In this document: positions 52,009-64,000 of the stretch, piece after piece | Layout of the letters: the number at the start of each line of letters is the position of its first letter | How positions within the stretch are numbered: position 1 is the first letter of the stretch | Assembly (NCBI RefSeq): GCF_001949145.1 | Contig: NW_019091356.1 | Location: 1,364,789 to 1,428,788 of the forward strand | Source: Acanthaster planci | Lineage: Eukaryota | Reading direction: 5' to 3' | Length of the DNA: 64,000 nucleotides | Notes under the pieces: model-generated | Told to the model about the DNA's origin: nothing | The model's input: only the letters and a program-made list of their open reading frames with translations | The model's database searches: none | Position numbers and translations under genes: made by a program

Positions 52009-55000
52009 TAGACGAATGCTGTCAGCCCACAAACATTGCCTTCATAGTCCTTCCCACCTGCATGAACTCAAAAGCCAAAAACATTTCAAACCAATTCTCA
52101 GAACGATCCATTAGATGATTTTTAGGAGATGCCATCTGTTATTTTTAACCTTGAATCTTTTCGGTGTCTTCGCAGCATGCCAAACACAGCGGTATCACCG
52201 GCATCATTGAGCTCTCAAGGGATTGATATATCTTCTTTTTTTTTTAAAGTGACCCAAATTTATTTGTTTCGAGTGCAAAGTGTCTAATTGCCACACACAC
52301 ATATCTTGTCATCAGAACAGAGATGAAGTGACACTTTTTAGGCTGTTTCCTTTGGCAAAGGCTGGAGTTTCTTAATTTGCCAGGGAGCTGATTTTCCAAA
52401 TCCACAGGAAATTGGTCTATATGCTGACCTGGTTTTGATCAATTTTGGTAAGTAAAATGCTGTAGTGAAGTGCTTGGACTGACTGGGAATGCGCACAGAC
52501 ATAAATTGGCAAACCGAGATTTTAAGGTGATTTAGCAGAATAAGGTAGATTTTTATCCATAGCTTATGCATTTTGTGGCAGCCAGGAGGAACTCTGAAAT
52601 TGTATGATGCAGTGCGTGTTGGAATTTGTCTCAGTTGCAATACAGGGATTGATTACACGACCATATTGTTACCCTCAAAGAGTTGGATTTGACACTTTGT
52701 TCCTGGTTGTGGGAATTTTTCCTTTCCTGCAATGTTAAAAATGACAGATGGGGCACATCTCAGCCCAGGCAAGTGAGTACTGTAGCTGGCCTGCTATATA
52801 GAGTTGTGAGCTACAGTTGCCTAGTGCCCTAATCCAATCAGGATAAGGCCAGACAGATAATGGAGAGGGTCAACCCCATAAACCACTGCGGGAGAGCGAG
52901 GAGCTGAAACTTGTCTCCTGGCTAGTGCAGGGGTGGTGCTGACGCTATTCCACTTCCCTTGAGTTTTCCTCTCCACCCTTCCCCCACCCCCGCCTAACCA
53001 TGACACCACCCTACGGTGCAGATGAAGCACCTGCTTGGTGTTTTGTTCGGGACTTATGGCCATACGTAGGATTCTCTGACCACCCTTGGGCAAGTTAGAG
53101 TGGTGATCATTTCGTCAATTACTGGTCAATTTTCCTGGTAGCTACTAGCTGCGCGTACATGTAGGACATATATGCATGTGAGTTACTAGGGAAAAGTGGC
53201 CACTGGTTGACAACTGGTTGTTTGTTGAAGTTGCCCTGTTTTGTAAGGTGTGGGAATAAACTTTGAGCATGAAACCATTGATTTTGTAATTGAGGGAGAA
53301 AACATAAAGGACAAGAGGATTATAGAGGGGTTTAAAGGTCTACATAAAATGTTTGCCCTGCTGAAGTGTGAATCCATTTCCTTGCATTATTTACTGAGGA
53401 ATTAGCAAAGTTCTGCGAGTCATTTCCCAACAAAAAACTCAGACAGAAATGGCATTGCCTCAGTTGCATAATTTTCTTGTCTGTTTAGTCATGAATCCTG
53501 CCTGACTCCACACACCATTGAAAACAGCATCTGTGTCACTTTTCAGTCAGTAGTGGAACAGTAACTGTCTGTCTGATCGGGCGTCAGGGATTTGGCCATT
53601 TTGTTTTGGTCGTCCTTTCCCCTTTGTGTCAGCAGCCGAAAGTGATTGATCCTATGGAAACCCACCGACAATTTTAACATTCTAAAAGGGGCGGCACTTC
53701 ACACCTGGTTCGTGCCGGCCTTTGAAAAAAGGTGAGAAAGAAGAGACTGAAAATGCGCTAAAAAGCTTTTGATCAGGAGAGGTCCGTTGCACTTTGGAAG
53801 GTAGACAATATTCAGATAGATTACAAATGAGCGAGCAAACGTTGGATTAATGAACCGTATCCTGGAGAGTCGGCTGAAACTGATCAGGCTTAATGCTGGA
53901 AATGGCAGCTGGATTTGTTTGGTTTTATTCCACTTGAACTTGGAAATGCACTTGCAGCCAAGTCCATGCAGAAGTGGTAATTTGATACTGTTGATGTGCT
54001 GTGTTAATTGCCAGTCAAATATGATTCCCCCCCCTCTCGAGTCGCTGAGCAAGAATGCTTAGCAAGTGTAGCAAGTGAATGTACCAAGGAGTTGCTAAGC
54101 AAGGAACAAGAACACAGATGTGACAGCATTGTGTAACCTTGTGTAGACCCATCATCAAAAGGTCCACATAAAGCAGGTTGTGTGGAACCTCGTCTGGACC
54201 TGGCCAGGTCCTTATGAGGTTACCCCCCCCCCCTTTCCGGAGAACGGTTTTGGAGGCACCCTTTTGGGTTTAGGGTTCTTAATATCAAACAGAAAAGGAA
54301 CAGTCAAACTATCGACAAACACCCAGCTCAGAAGAGTCTTCACTGAGCAAGAAAAAGTATTTTCATTGAGTTCTTAAATCCATGAAGACTAGGGAATGTC
54401 CACACTAGGCAGGGAACTTAAACATGTGCCTGCATTGGTGGTGAGCACACCATTAAACTGTGTCTTCATTTTGAAGGTGTTCTGTGCATGTTGCATGATG
54501 ATGAAGAGAGTGATGCAACCAAGCAATGATGATGTCTATCTATTATGCTACATGGGAGCTTTTGGCCTGCCATTCCCATATTCGGTAGAACTCCAAGTCG
54601 GCCCCATTTGTTTGTTTGCAAGTTCCGCATGTTTCAAAGTGAACCAGAGAAATTCTGCTTTACGGTTTCCAATCAGAAGTTGTTCACGCATGCCTGAGTG
54701 CCTGTGGGCCATAACCAGACACATCTCAGCGCCTCTATTCTTTGAAGGGGCGGGCCAACACGGCTATTTCGTCAGAGGGGCGTCCCTCTGACCGTTGTTG
54801 AATGGAGGTTGAATGGAAGCGGCTCTAGAAAGGGGAAAAAGGAGGCAAAGGCCAAGAAGAGAAAGAAAAAAAAAAGGACCCCTGTCGGCTGGTGCTGCTA
54901 TAGATGGCCTGAATTGGTCATTCGACAAGCTTTGCTGAATTCTGACAGTTGCTGAGATTGACGGAACTGTTTCCGAGGTTGTTTCACAAAATGGGTCTTG

Positions 55001-58000
55001 CCCTCTGCTGCTGTGGCTGTGTTGTGTAGTAAACCAGTGGTCACAACTGACAACACAGCCACAAAAAAGCCAGATTTGGACACATTGGAAGCTTTATGGA
55101 CTGAAGCACCCCCCTAAGCACTCTAATTCTGTAGACCACCAGTTGCAAACATGCCTGTGAATGTTTTTTAATGCGCGGTGACATCAACTGCATGTTGCAT
55201 TATCATATCTACCACCGAAAGCGGATAATTCTTTCTGGTCCAGAATACACCGATGACGTTTGCAACAACAGAGTCTGTGACCAATTTTTTTTCCAAACTT
55301 TATATGCATTCATTTTTTTAAAGAGAACACTAACCGTGACTGCATTTTGAAATCAGGAATTAAATGCCTTTAGAAAAAACTCAGTGTGATCCACATTTAT
55401 TCATTTCAAGATCGATTCATGAAACAGGGAGCACATCAAAATAAAGTCATATACAGCCCCCTTTGTGTTTCTCTACATTCCATATTTTGTAAGAAGCTGC
55501 AGCCTTGAACAAATATCACACAGCGTCTTGGCATTTATTTATTATTTTATATCTCACTTTCAAAAGCATCGATAAATTGCAACTGTACAAAGTACATGCA
55601 CCTGTAACTGTCCAGACAGCTTCAATTAGTGACTGGAAGCCAGCACTTGTCTTTTCTCATCAGTGGAAAGCCCATCTGGCCCAGATCATGTGAATGTTGC
55701 CTTTGATTGCGCGTTCACATTGGTGCTGCGTGCATGTCACAGCCAACCACTCTGCTGCTTCATCACGGGCGGCCAGCCACAGATAGTCATCGCAAACATG
55801 CTTGAAAATCTGCCCAGGTTTTTTATCCTGTACTTACCGGCACATTGCACATCAACATGTGATGCATACAATGTACATGTATATCTACCAGGGGTTGAAA
55901 TGAGAAAAGCAGTAGATTTTTTTGTATCTTTCACTATGTTCCACTTTCAAACTTGGTTCCACTTTTGCCCAGGTGAGAAAGGATAGATTAGGATTTCAGT
56001 CTCTCTTGATCGCTCAGACAGTTCGTAATAACTGTCTGAGTTTCTCTCTGGGTTTGTGAACTTTCTGAACCTGTAAAAATCTCTCTTTTTTTATTTAAAA
56101 TGAATCGTTAAAGCTGGGCAAAGTCATTCAAAAAGTGCAAGTTGGATGACTCAGTCTGCAGAGGTGTAATAATAAACGACAGGTGTAATTTGGAATTTTC
56201 TTTCAGGTGTAGAAATTGTTTTTTCTGTGCTAAATAATCAGCACTTGAATTTTTTCACTCTAATTCTTTTCTTTTCCCCTCGATTATGGATCGGGCTAAA
56301 ATCTTTTCAAGTCTGAAGAAGTGATTAAAATTTGTTTGAAATAAAAACAGGGTCCTTGGTATTAAACTCATAGGGCCTACAGTGAACATTTGAATTGGGA
56401 GGATCGACTCCACCGCAGAAATTTTGTGAATGGACGTCAAAGTACAATTGTGCACTCTTTTGACGGATGTAAAATTGATGATGATTACAGTTTCAGAAAA
56501 ATAAAGGTAAAGACCTCAGAATGGTTGTCCGTTGTTGACCTGTCTCTAAAGCGTTGGCGGCAATTTTGTTAAATTAGCCGGCAAAATTGCATCACCTAAA
56601 TTGACCACAAATTTATAGGGCTTAAAGTACACATGCTTTGGAATGGCATTTGTTGTGTTGTAGTGTCATTGTTAGGATGCATTGCTAATTTTTTTTTTTA
56701 GTTGTGTGGAATGTTTTGAATCAATCATTGCCAACAATGCACAATTGTAATGAAAGACATTATCAGATAGATGTGACAGAAATACAAAGACAGGGCGTTT
56801 CTAATTGTGAGCGGAATTCAGAGGTAAATTGAACTATTGCTAAGCATTTGTTGTGGCTGTAACAATTGAGTACTGCAGTTTGGTTGTCTGTGTCTTTGCA
56901 CTTTGGTGTGCATTTGGTTGAGTTATGTCTGGGGGAGGGGGTACAGTTCATTTAAATATCCCAGTAGAACTACGGGGAGCCACTGCTCGTGACAGACATG
57001 TGTATAATCACCTGAGAACTGTTCGAGAATTGTGCCAGTGGGACCATGATAAAGGCAGCTTTGGATGATTTTGGTATTTCTGAGGACTTGACCTGTCCTA
57101 CTATGTACAGGTACATGCCTAGCAACTGCAAATGCCTTTGATAACAGACCGCCGGGAGCTTGTTTGCCAAACATTTTGTATCGGTAGCAGTTAAAAGTGT
57201 AGTGGAGTGCAGTGTACGAGCAGCCCAGACGGGAATTTGGATTGTCATTTTTGGCCATTTTCTAGCTGTCGGCATTCATCAAGTCGTTCCTCCTTCAATT
57301 AGCGTTGGGTCCTAGTGGAAGTGCGCCAAAGCCATTCAGCGGGCGCTTTAAAAAAGGGCTGGAATTTTGATTGTGGGGGCAAATTGATTGTTTCATTGTT
57401 GAAATCCCCTTGCTCGATAACAAAGCCCTTCCATGCAGCCCCAAGTGGAATTTCTTTCCCCCTTTCTTCAACTTGCAGCGGTTGTTGACAGAAGAATTGT
57501 TCTGGGTTCCCTTTGAGGCACTTGTTTGAAGCTGTGACTCGGGAAGAATTTCACTGCCTCGTTTGACTGCTAATTCGTCACGACAACTCAACGCCCTGGC
57601 CTTAAATGTCGAGCACGCTGTCCCCAACTGACAAAGGGGGGCTCAATTCGTGCGCAAATTGTAACTTCCAAATGGATGGTCGAGACCCATCGGCGAACCA
57701 TAAGGTTAGGTTGTGTAGAGGTTAATCTTGGTCAAAACTTCCAAGACCGGGCGAGCTGTGTAACATTGGGACCATGTGCTCCAACTTAACAATACGTCAG
57801 GTGGTACATGTATATACATGTACCTGTACACCTGTACTTTTATGTGTCTCCAAACTCTCTGAAAGGATGTTCGTTGCTGGGGAAAAAAATGGGGCACATG
57901 TGTTTTAAACACTCTGTGCCTTCACTGCCCTCGTCCATAACTTCCTCAAATCCACCAAAATCTAGAACCATCTGAGGTGCACATGTATGTTTTTTGATGG

Positions 58001-58457
58001 ATCCAGAACCAAAGTACCTTATCCCCCCCCTGTCTTTTAATATCCAGTTTGTTGAAACCATTTTAACCCACCCTACAAAGATCAACAGCTTCCGGTGACA
58101 TGTTCTTTACTTTTTCAGAGAGTTCTTCACCGTTTTGTTGGGTAGTTTAACGTAGAATACCCTTTTTCAATTCAATGATGATTGCCCCTGAAACATCCGA
58201 CAAAGCTCTCAAATTTTGGCTTTGTGGATCACACGTACGCACCCCATATGAATACTGTAATTTCATTTGGTCTGTCTAACTTTGTAGGCTGGCTCACTGC
58301 AATGTGCCCTCTGTGCTGCAAGAAAGAAGAGCCTGTAATAGTTAATACATCTCTCTCCTGTGCTTGTGACCAGTCCAAGAAGTGCCAAGTGGGGAAGAGA
58401 CCGGGTTTGGAATTGTGGTTTTTACCCCTTTGTTTCTGTCTCTCCATTCTTTTCCAG

Positions 58458-58560
58458 AGTTGCTGAAGTCCAACCTGCGGCTGTTCAGCGTGGAGGGCAC
58501 CACTGATTACTCCCAGTTGGTCATCGACAAGGGATCCCAGGAACTGCTTGTTGGCGCCAG
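58458..58560 (+). CDS. SEMA5A: Semaphorin-5 second coding exon (start of the Sema domain)
   Basis: Acceptor TTCTTTTCCAG. Reads ELLKSNLRLFSVEGTTDYSQLVIDKGSQELLVGAR, matching the Sema5 motif D[FY]SQL..D....EL.VGAR. Donor AG/GTCAGT, phase 2. Confidence 0.93.
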
Positions 58561-61500
58561 GTCAGTCCTTGTTTACTCATTCCTTTTGTCATTTTATGTG
58601 TAACAAAAAGGAAAAAACTTATCCAATCTCTGTAACCTCTCCCTTTGAAGAGCCCTTATTTTAAAAAGACAAGCATTTTATTCCAGCAGACCATGTGAAA
58701 TCTTCTTTGCATTAGGAGATCTTATTCGAAAAATTTGTGCAATGTTTATTGTATTAGGAGATTTATAATACAATTATTCTTTGGCTCACAAATTTCAGAA
58801 TTACACAAATTTCAAGCATTTGTCAGTGTGAACCATGTGGTTTCCAGCATTAAACAAAATTTCCATTTCCCTGCTATTCTATCCATTTGATTACTTTTTA
58901 GATTTAGCATTTGGTATGGCTTGAAGTGTGTTCAATCATTTATTTCACCCATTTACAAACAACATAGATAATTGAAATTCAAATTGATTGATAGAACAAA
59001 TATCATGCCTACATATTGTACCTATTTGAATTCCCTGGAGTACACAGACTCTTGCACAGACAAAAGTGAAAGAAAGTTCACCTTCCTAGTAATGCTAGTA
59101 GTAGAAGCCCTCCCCGAGCCCTGTCAGCCATTAAAAAACCATTTGTTCTTTAAAGGGGTTGTGTTCCAGTGGCAAACATGTCTTTTAAGAGCTGTCCTCA
59201 ATGTCAAAATAAACTACAAACTGGAATGAAAATAAACATGTGTCCCACCGCACCCCGGGAGTGGTGCCAGAATTTTTTTTGTTTTTGTTTTAAGGAGTCG
59301 CGAGAGGGGTGAGTGAGTCTGCTTAAAAAATCTTGTTTGCACAACCCACCGGCAGGAGGTTGGGTGCACTTGGTCTTGGTTTGAAGATCTGTCCCCTGAA
59401 AAGTCACTATTGAAAGGCCAAGACCATCAGTGCTGGCAGGTGTGGTCAGCTGTCTCTCCATCTTGCCTGGGAAAAGTCAAAGGCTAATAACACTGTCCCC
59501 CGGAGGCACTTACTACACTCAACCTGAGCCTGAGTGACCAATCAGGGCTCTGAGTTGGCCTGAAAGTCACTGGGCACTGACTGACCATTGAGAGCTGGTT
59601 TTAAATTAGCCCATACATTCTAAGTGCATTGGACTTCTTGTGGGGGTGCAAGCCAAGTCATGGGTTGGATGAAAACATTGCCAGACTTTGAACTTGATAT
59701 TCTCGGATATTCTTTGATGTCCATGGTGTTGAATGTAAATACAGATATGCTAAGACCCGGAGAAAGGATTTGGAGACTGTCTCATATTTATCCATTCATG
59801 GGCTCAGTCATGTTTTCAAAAACAAGAAATCCTGGAAGTTTAACAACATCGAACGCTTTGAATACATCTTACCTACTTAGGTCGTTTTCTCCACAAGATT
59901 GAGATGCACGTCCCAATCATTCATCTTGACCAGATCATTCATCTTGCGGATGTTTTGCTCAGTCAGGAGTGGCATAACAAACAGTCATGGGCTTGTTGAT
60001 GTCTGGACATGGCCCGTTTTTTCACCTCACTCCCTCATCTGCAAAGCCCCCCCCCCAGGAAGACGTCCCAGTGTGTAGTTTTCACCATCAGCTGCCTAAG
60101 TGTTGAGCAAAAAGTGGTCCAACCGCAGAGCCTGGTCAGCGGTCAGGTTTTGACAGAGGAAACAAAATTAGCCAGGCTCTTGCAATGAATGGCCCACTTG
60201 AGGGTCTTTTGCATCCACTAATTTGGGAGATAAGCCCCGGGATTGGTGTTGTTTGTCCACATGAGTACAATGGGGACTTGTTTGCTAAAAATCATGGGGC
60301 GCACTTTGGTTTGGGCTATGGGGCTTTCAAATATTGGTTGTGGTTGAGTTTGTTAGGGTTACAAGAAACATGATAGGAGAATGGGTCATGCTTATTTGTG
60401 TATAGAGGCACTGGATATGTTTTGAATACACTCGGGTATGTACATGGTATGTTGAAAATAAAGGAACTTGAGTCCTTCCATAAATTAGGGGTCCCTTTTT
60501 TTTCGTGCCCCTGTCACATTTGACATACGATTTTGTAGTTAAGAACACGTTCTCCAATTTCCAAGAGTGATGAATTAATGCAAATTGCGTGCCAAACAAA
60601 TAGAAATACCAGTAGTTTGAAATCAATTTCAGTAATATTTCCATGTCAAATTACAAAGGTTAAGTGTAACAGGGACACGTAAATTTCACACTTTTGGACC
60701 CTGTATTTGTAGAATGACCCACTTGAAAGTTTGAGTTGGACTGGTTCCTTGGAGGGTTAGCAAATATTGTAACCGTTTGGGCTGAAGCTCCAGTTTCATT
60801 TTCTGGTGTGTGAAAACAAAATGCATGACTATTGTGAAAGTCAAACAAAACCCTGAGCACATGTTTGAACCTGGTTGACAGTTGCGTTCTTACACGTCAG
60901 AATAATGCCCCTGGTGCGTGTCCCGTTGTCAGTACAGGTACGAACCACAGCTTGGACTTGCCGGTGGCGAATAATGGTCCTAAAACTTTCTGGTGGCTGA
61001 ACACCTGCTGAACATGTGCCAGTTTCTCCTCCTCCTCCTGACCATGTAGATAGCCCTCCCGGCTGACTTTTAAAAATTCAAAACCCTGTGACATCCCAGT
61101 TGATAATGCCTCTTCAGATAAAGATTGACATTACTGCCGTAGATCCATTTGTACCTTGTGCATTGGGGTTTCATCACTTGCTGAATGGGGGAAGTTTGTG
61201 CTTGCTGGAAACAAATTAGACAAAGGAATTCAAACGTCAATGTTTTGTTTTAATTTTGTTTTTATTTTGGTCAGATATCAATGTCCGCATTGGGTTTCTG
61301 TTTTGCACACATTTGCCATAACCAGCCCAAATGTGGCGGTATGAGACCCCCCCCAAACAACCAAGTTCACTAAGCTCCGTTCCCAGAGCACTGACCCCTG
61401 AAATTTGTAAAGCTGTCACCAACAACACAACTCTTTCATATCGCACAGGGCATATCCCATGTCTGTACCTTCATTTGGGAGATGTTTCCACCTTAATTTG

Positions 61501-62375
61501 ACTTTTCAACTTGGAAAGATGAAGGGTAGATTTAGAACAGAGAGTTAACATGAAGTCACTGTGCGCTACCAATCTAGATGTACATGTGTCACAGTTTGCT
61601 GCAGGCTGTTACATATCCTACCCCACTACATATATCCTTACTGTCCAGATGCCGGACAATCCCACATTTAGAAATTTGTCTAAAAATTCTGGTTCAACAC
61701 AGGACCTGAATTGATTTGGCCTAAATACTTTGAAATTGCGAAACTCATATCTAGTAGGCGCATGTTCCACAAGCAATGCACACTTTCTGAAGTGTGAATC
61801 AATTGTCTTTTGAAAGCACTTCATGCATGATTTTGAAATCTATGGCATGCAGTAAAAGGCACCAAGTTCCTCTTCTATGGAATGAGATAATGTCAGTCCT
61901 TTACATTAGACACGTACAAGGTTTTAAAAAAAAATTCTGAAATTTCACCAGGAGAGATATAACAAATAACCATATCCTACTGCTATTGTTTATCTGTATT
62001 TGTGTATTAATGGCTAATGTATTTCATCTTTTTTTTTCTTTTCTTTTTTGTGACATTACCTTTTTGAAACTAGCTTCTTTCAAATTATTTATTATATTTG
62101 TTTTGAAAGCAAAAAATACTTTTTTGTTGCAGGAACCTGGCATTGTAGAAGCTTTTGCCTGTGCCAGCTATCTTCCATGCATCACTTTGTGCATTTATGC
62201 TATTTATTTACCTCTTTACAATTGTTATAATGGACGGAAATAAATCAAGTACTTGGCCTTCGGTGTAGAATTAGTACTGTCATAGCTTTTGTTAAAGTGA
62301 TTCTTTTGTACAGTTGGCTGTAAAAGTTTTTCGATTTGAGATTTGTCAGTTTTTCCTGTTGCATTTTCCCAACAG

Positions 62376-62421
62376 AGATTTGCTGGTGAGGTTACAGCTG
62401 GACGATCTTTCAGTAATCGAG
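62376..62421 (+). CDS. SEMA5A: Semaphorin-5 third coding exon (46 nt); gene continues beyond the window
   Basis: Acceptor TTTTCCCAACAG. Continues the frame as (R)DLLVRLQLDDLSVIE, comparable to vertebrate SEMA5A RNYLFRLQLEDLSLIQ as recalled. Donor GAG/GTAAGT, phase 0. Confidence 0.93.
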
Positions 62422-64000
62422 GTAAGTGGCTCAGCTTGGATTACTTTAGGGTCAGGGCAGGGGCCCTAACTCCATGGATACTGTTTCATTCATAATCTGC
62501 TGGGGGGGGATCCAGACTATATCCTCCATTCTCCAGTGTAGCAGGTGCATGTCCAAGCTGTGGACAATTTGCTGTAAGACTTGCTGAAAGTTTGCCTGTC
62601 TTGGTTTTCTTGTTGGCTTTTGGAGGATGTCCTGTGAATGGATCCCCAGAGGATGTGTAATAGAGCTATTTTAACGTGTGGCAATGTGTGTCTGTTTGTT
62701 TGTGCGGATGGGCTGTCTAGGGAAAGGACCTTTGGCCGTGTATGGCCCATGTACGTGTACACATGTATGTGCCCTACCAGTGAGATTTTATATTGTTGGT
62801 CTTACAGAAAAAACATAAAAGAAATTTTGTATGGTGACTGTTTCCAGTAAGTCAGTGTTAAAGTTTTTGCAATAGATAAGTGTGTCTTGTTTTGTGATTT
62901 GTGTGTTGAGAACTAATCCTGATGTATGTGTCCAAGGTGACACAAAACTGACAACCAAGTTGACGTTGATTTGATGTCCTTTGCTGATGCACCAGTCTGA
63001 AAAATATCCCATATCCTGTTTCCTGTTAGTTGGTACTATAATTACTTTGTATGAGGGGAGAGTTTCTTTTAAGAGATTGGTCTGAAAATTCCAGTTTCAT
63101 TGAATACGTGTGGGTGTCAGGTTAAATGACAGCTGGAGTATTAAACGAGTAGGTTTCCACCCAGTGGGTTTAAAAAAAGAGAAATGACGGCATCTTTCTT
63201 TTCCTCTCTGGAGCTCAAAGATGTTTTCAACACGACAGACATCTGTCTGTCATCTCCCCTCCCAAGCTTGCTTCCGCTGGCCATTTGGCCTGGCTGTTTG
63301 ACTGGCAAATGTCAGCCTGATCTTGAACTAGAGATGGGCCCGACCTTCCATCCAGAGAGTGGCATGGGCCTAGCTCTCTGTCGCTCTTGCCGCTCGTCGT
63401 CGGGCCAGATGTGAAATGCCGCCTGCCTCCTGGCCTGTTCCTAAGTTTGGAGTTGGATGAAACAGACTATCCTTGATAATTCGCTTGGCACCATGTGAAG
63501 AGTCGAAGCGGCCCTGAGGTGTGCTGACCGTAAGTGATATCACTGCCAACGCCAAGGAGCCCCTGATCTTAGCATTGCCGTGTCTGCTGCCGTTACCATC
63601 ACGGAGCGGATACCAGCACAGTGCAACAGATTCCAGTGGAGGACAGGGCAGAGTGGAGATTAACTCAGGATGGGTACAAGGTTATGGCATTCTTACCCAG
63701 GGTCAGGTTTTTTCCTTGAATTCAGAAATCCAGGTTAAACAGTTTGTGCATGGTTAATTTTAGGTGTTCAAGGTGTAGGTCTTTTTATTGTGGTATTTAT
63801 TCCATCTGACATTTAAGAGGGATTTTATATCCCATTCCAAGTGATGGCAAACATCTGTGAGGTTGGGTTTTGATGCAGTTGTGGACTGTGTACAGAATAT
63901 GAAATCCACAGTGTATTTATAAGCGGCAAAGAGAAAACCATAAACTGGAAAAGGTAACGAGACAGCACGATGCACACCTACTGGGGTACTTGTCAGGCAT

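Noticed and set aside
62422..64000. Next Sema5 exon (expected W...C..KG motif)
   Set aside because: I found no phase-0 acceptor with a matching peptide; it presumably lies beyond the window.

Overview
This is animal genomic DNA, roughly 40% GC by eye, with GT-AG introns and one 509-N gap. The abundant TACATGTA motifs and the repeat types suggest a marine invertebrate, possibly an echinoderm (inference only). Two spliced + strand genes can be supported. (1) The last five coding exons of a SWI/SNF subunit SMARCC1/2 (BAF155/170, Moira) orthologue lie at 1-4784, followed by a probable ~2.1 kb 3' UTR. (2) The first three coding exons of a class-5 semaphorin (SEMA5A/B-like) lie at 32203-32308, 58458-58560 and 62376-62421; this gene has a 26 kb intron and continues beyond the window. 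The rest is non-coding: a tRNA-derived SINE, several small non-autonomous DNA transposons (hAT-, PIF/Harbinger- and piggyBac-like), a ~710 bp local duplication whose second copy contains the gap, an exact 85 bp tandem duplication, and candidate promoter and 5' UTR exons. The most unusual observations are two 59 bp TTAA-flanked palindromes with compensatory base changes, a hairpin whose 5' arm resembles echinoderm miR-2009 (recalled from memory, unverified), a duplicated stem-loop in the SMARCC 3' UTR, and strong TACATGTA enrichment. Nearly all ORFs in the supplied track appear spurious. I found no prokaryotic-type system, CRISPR array, rRNA or functional tRNA.
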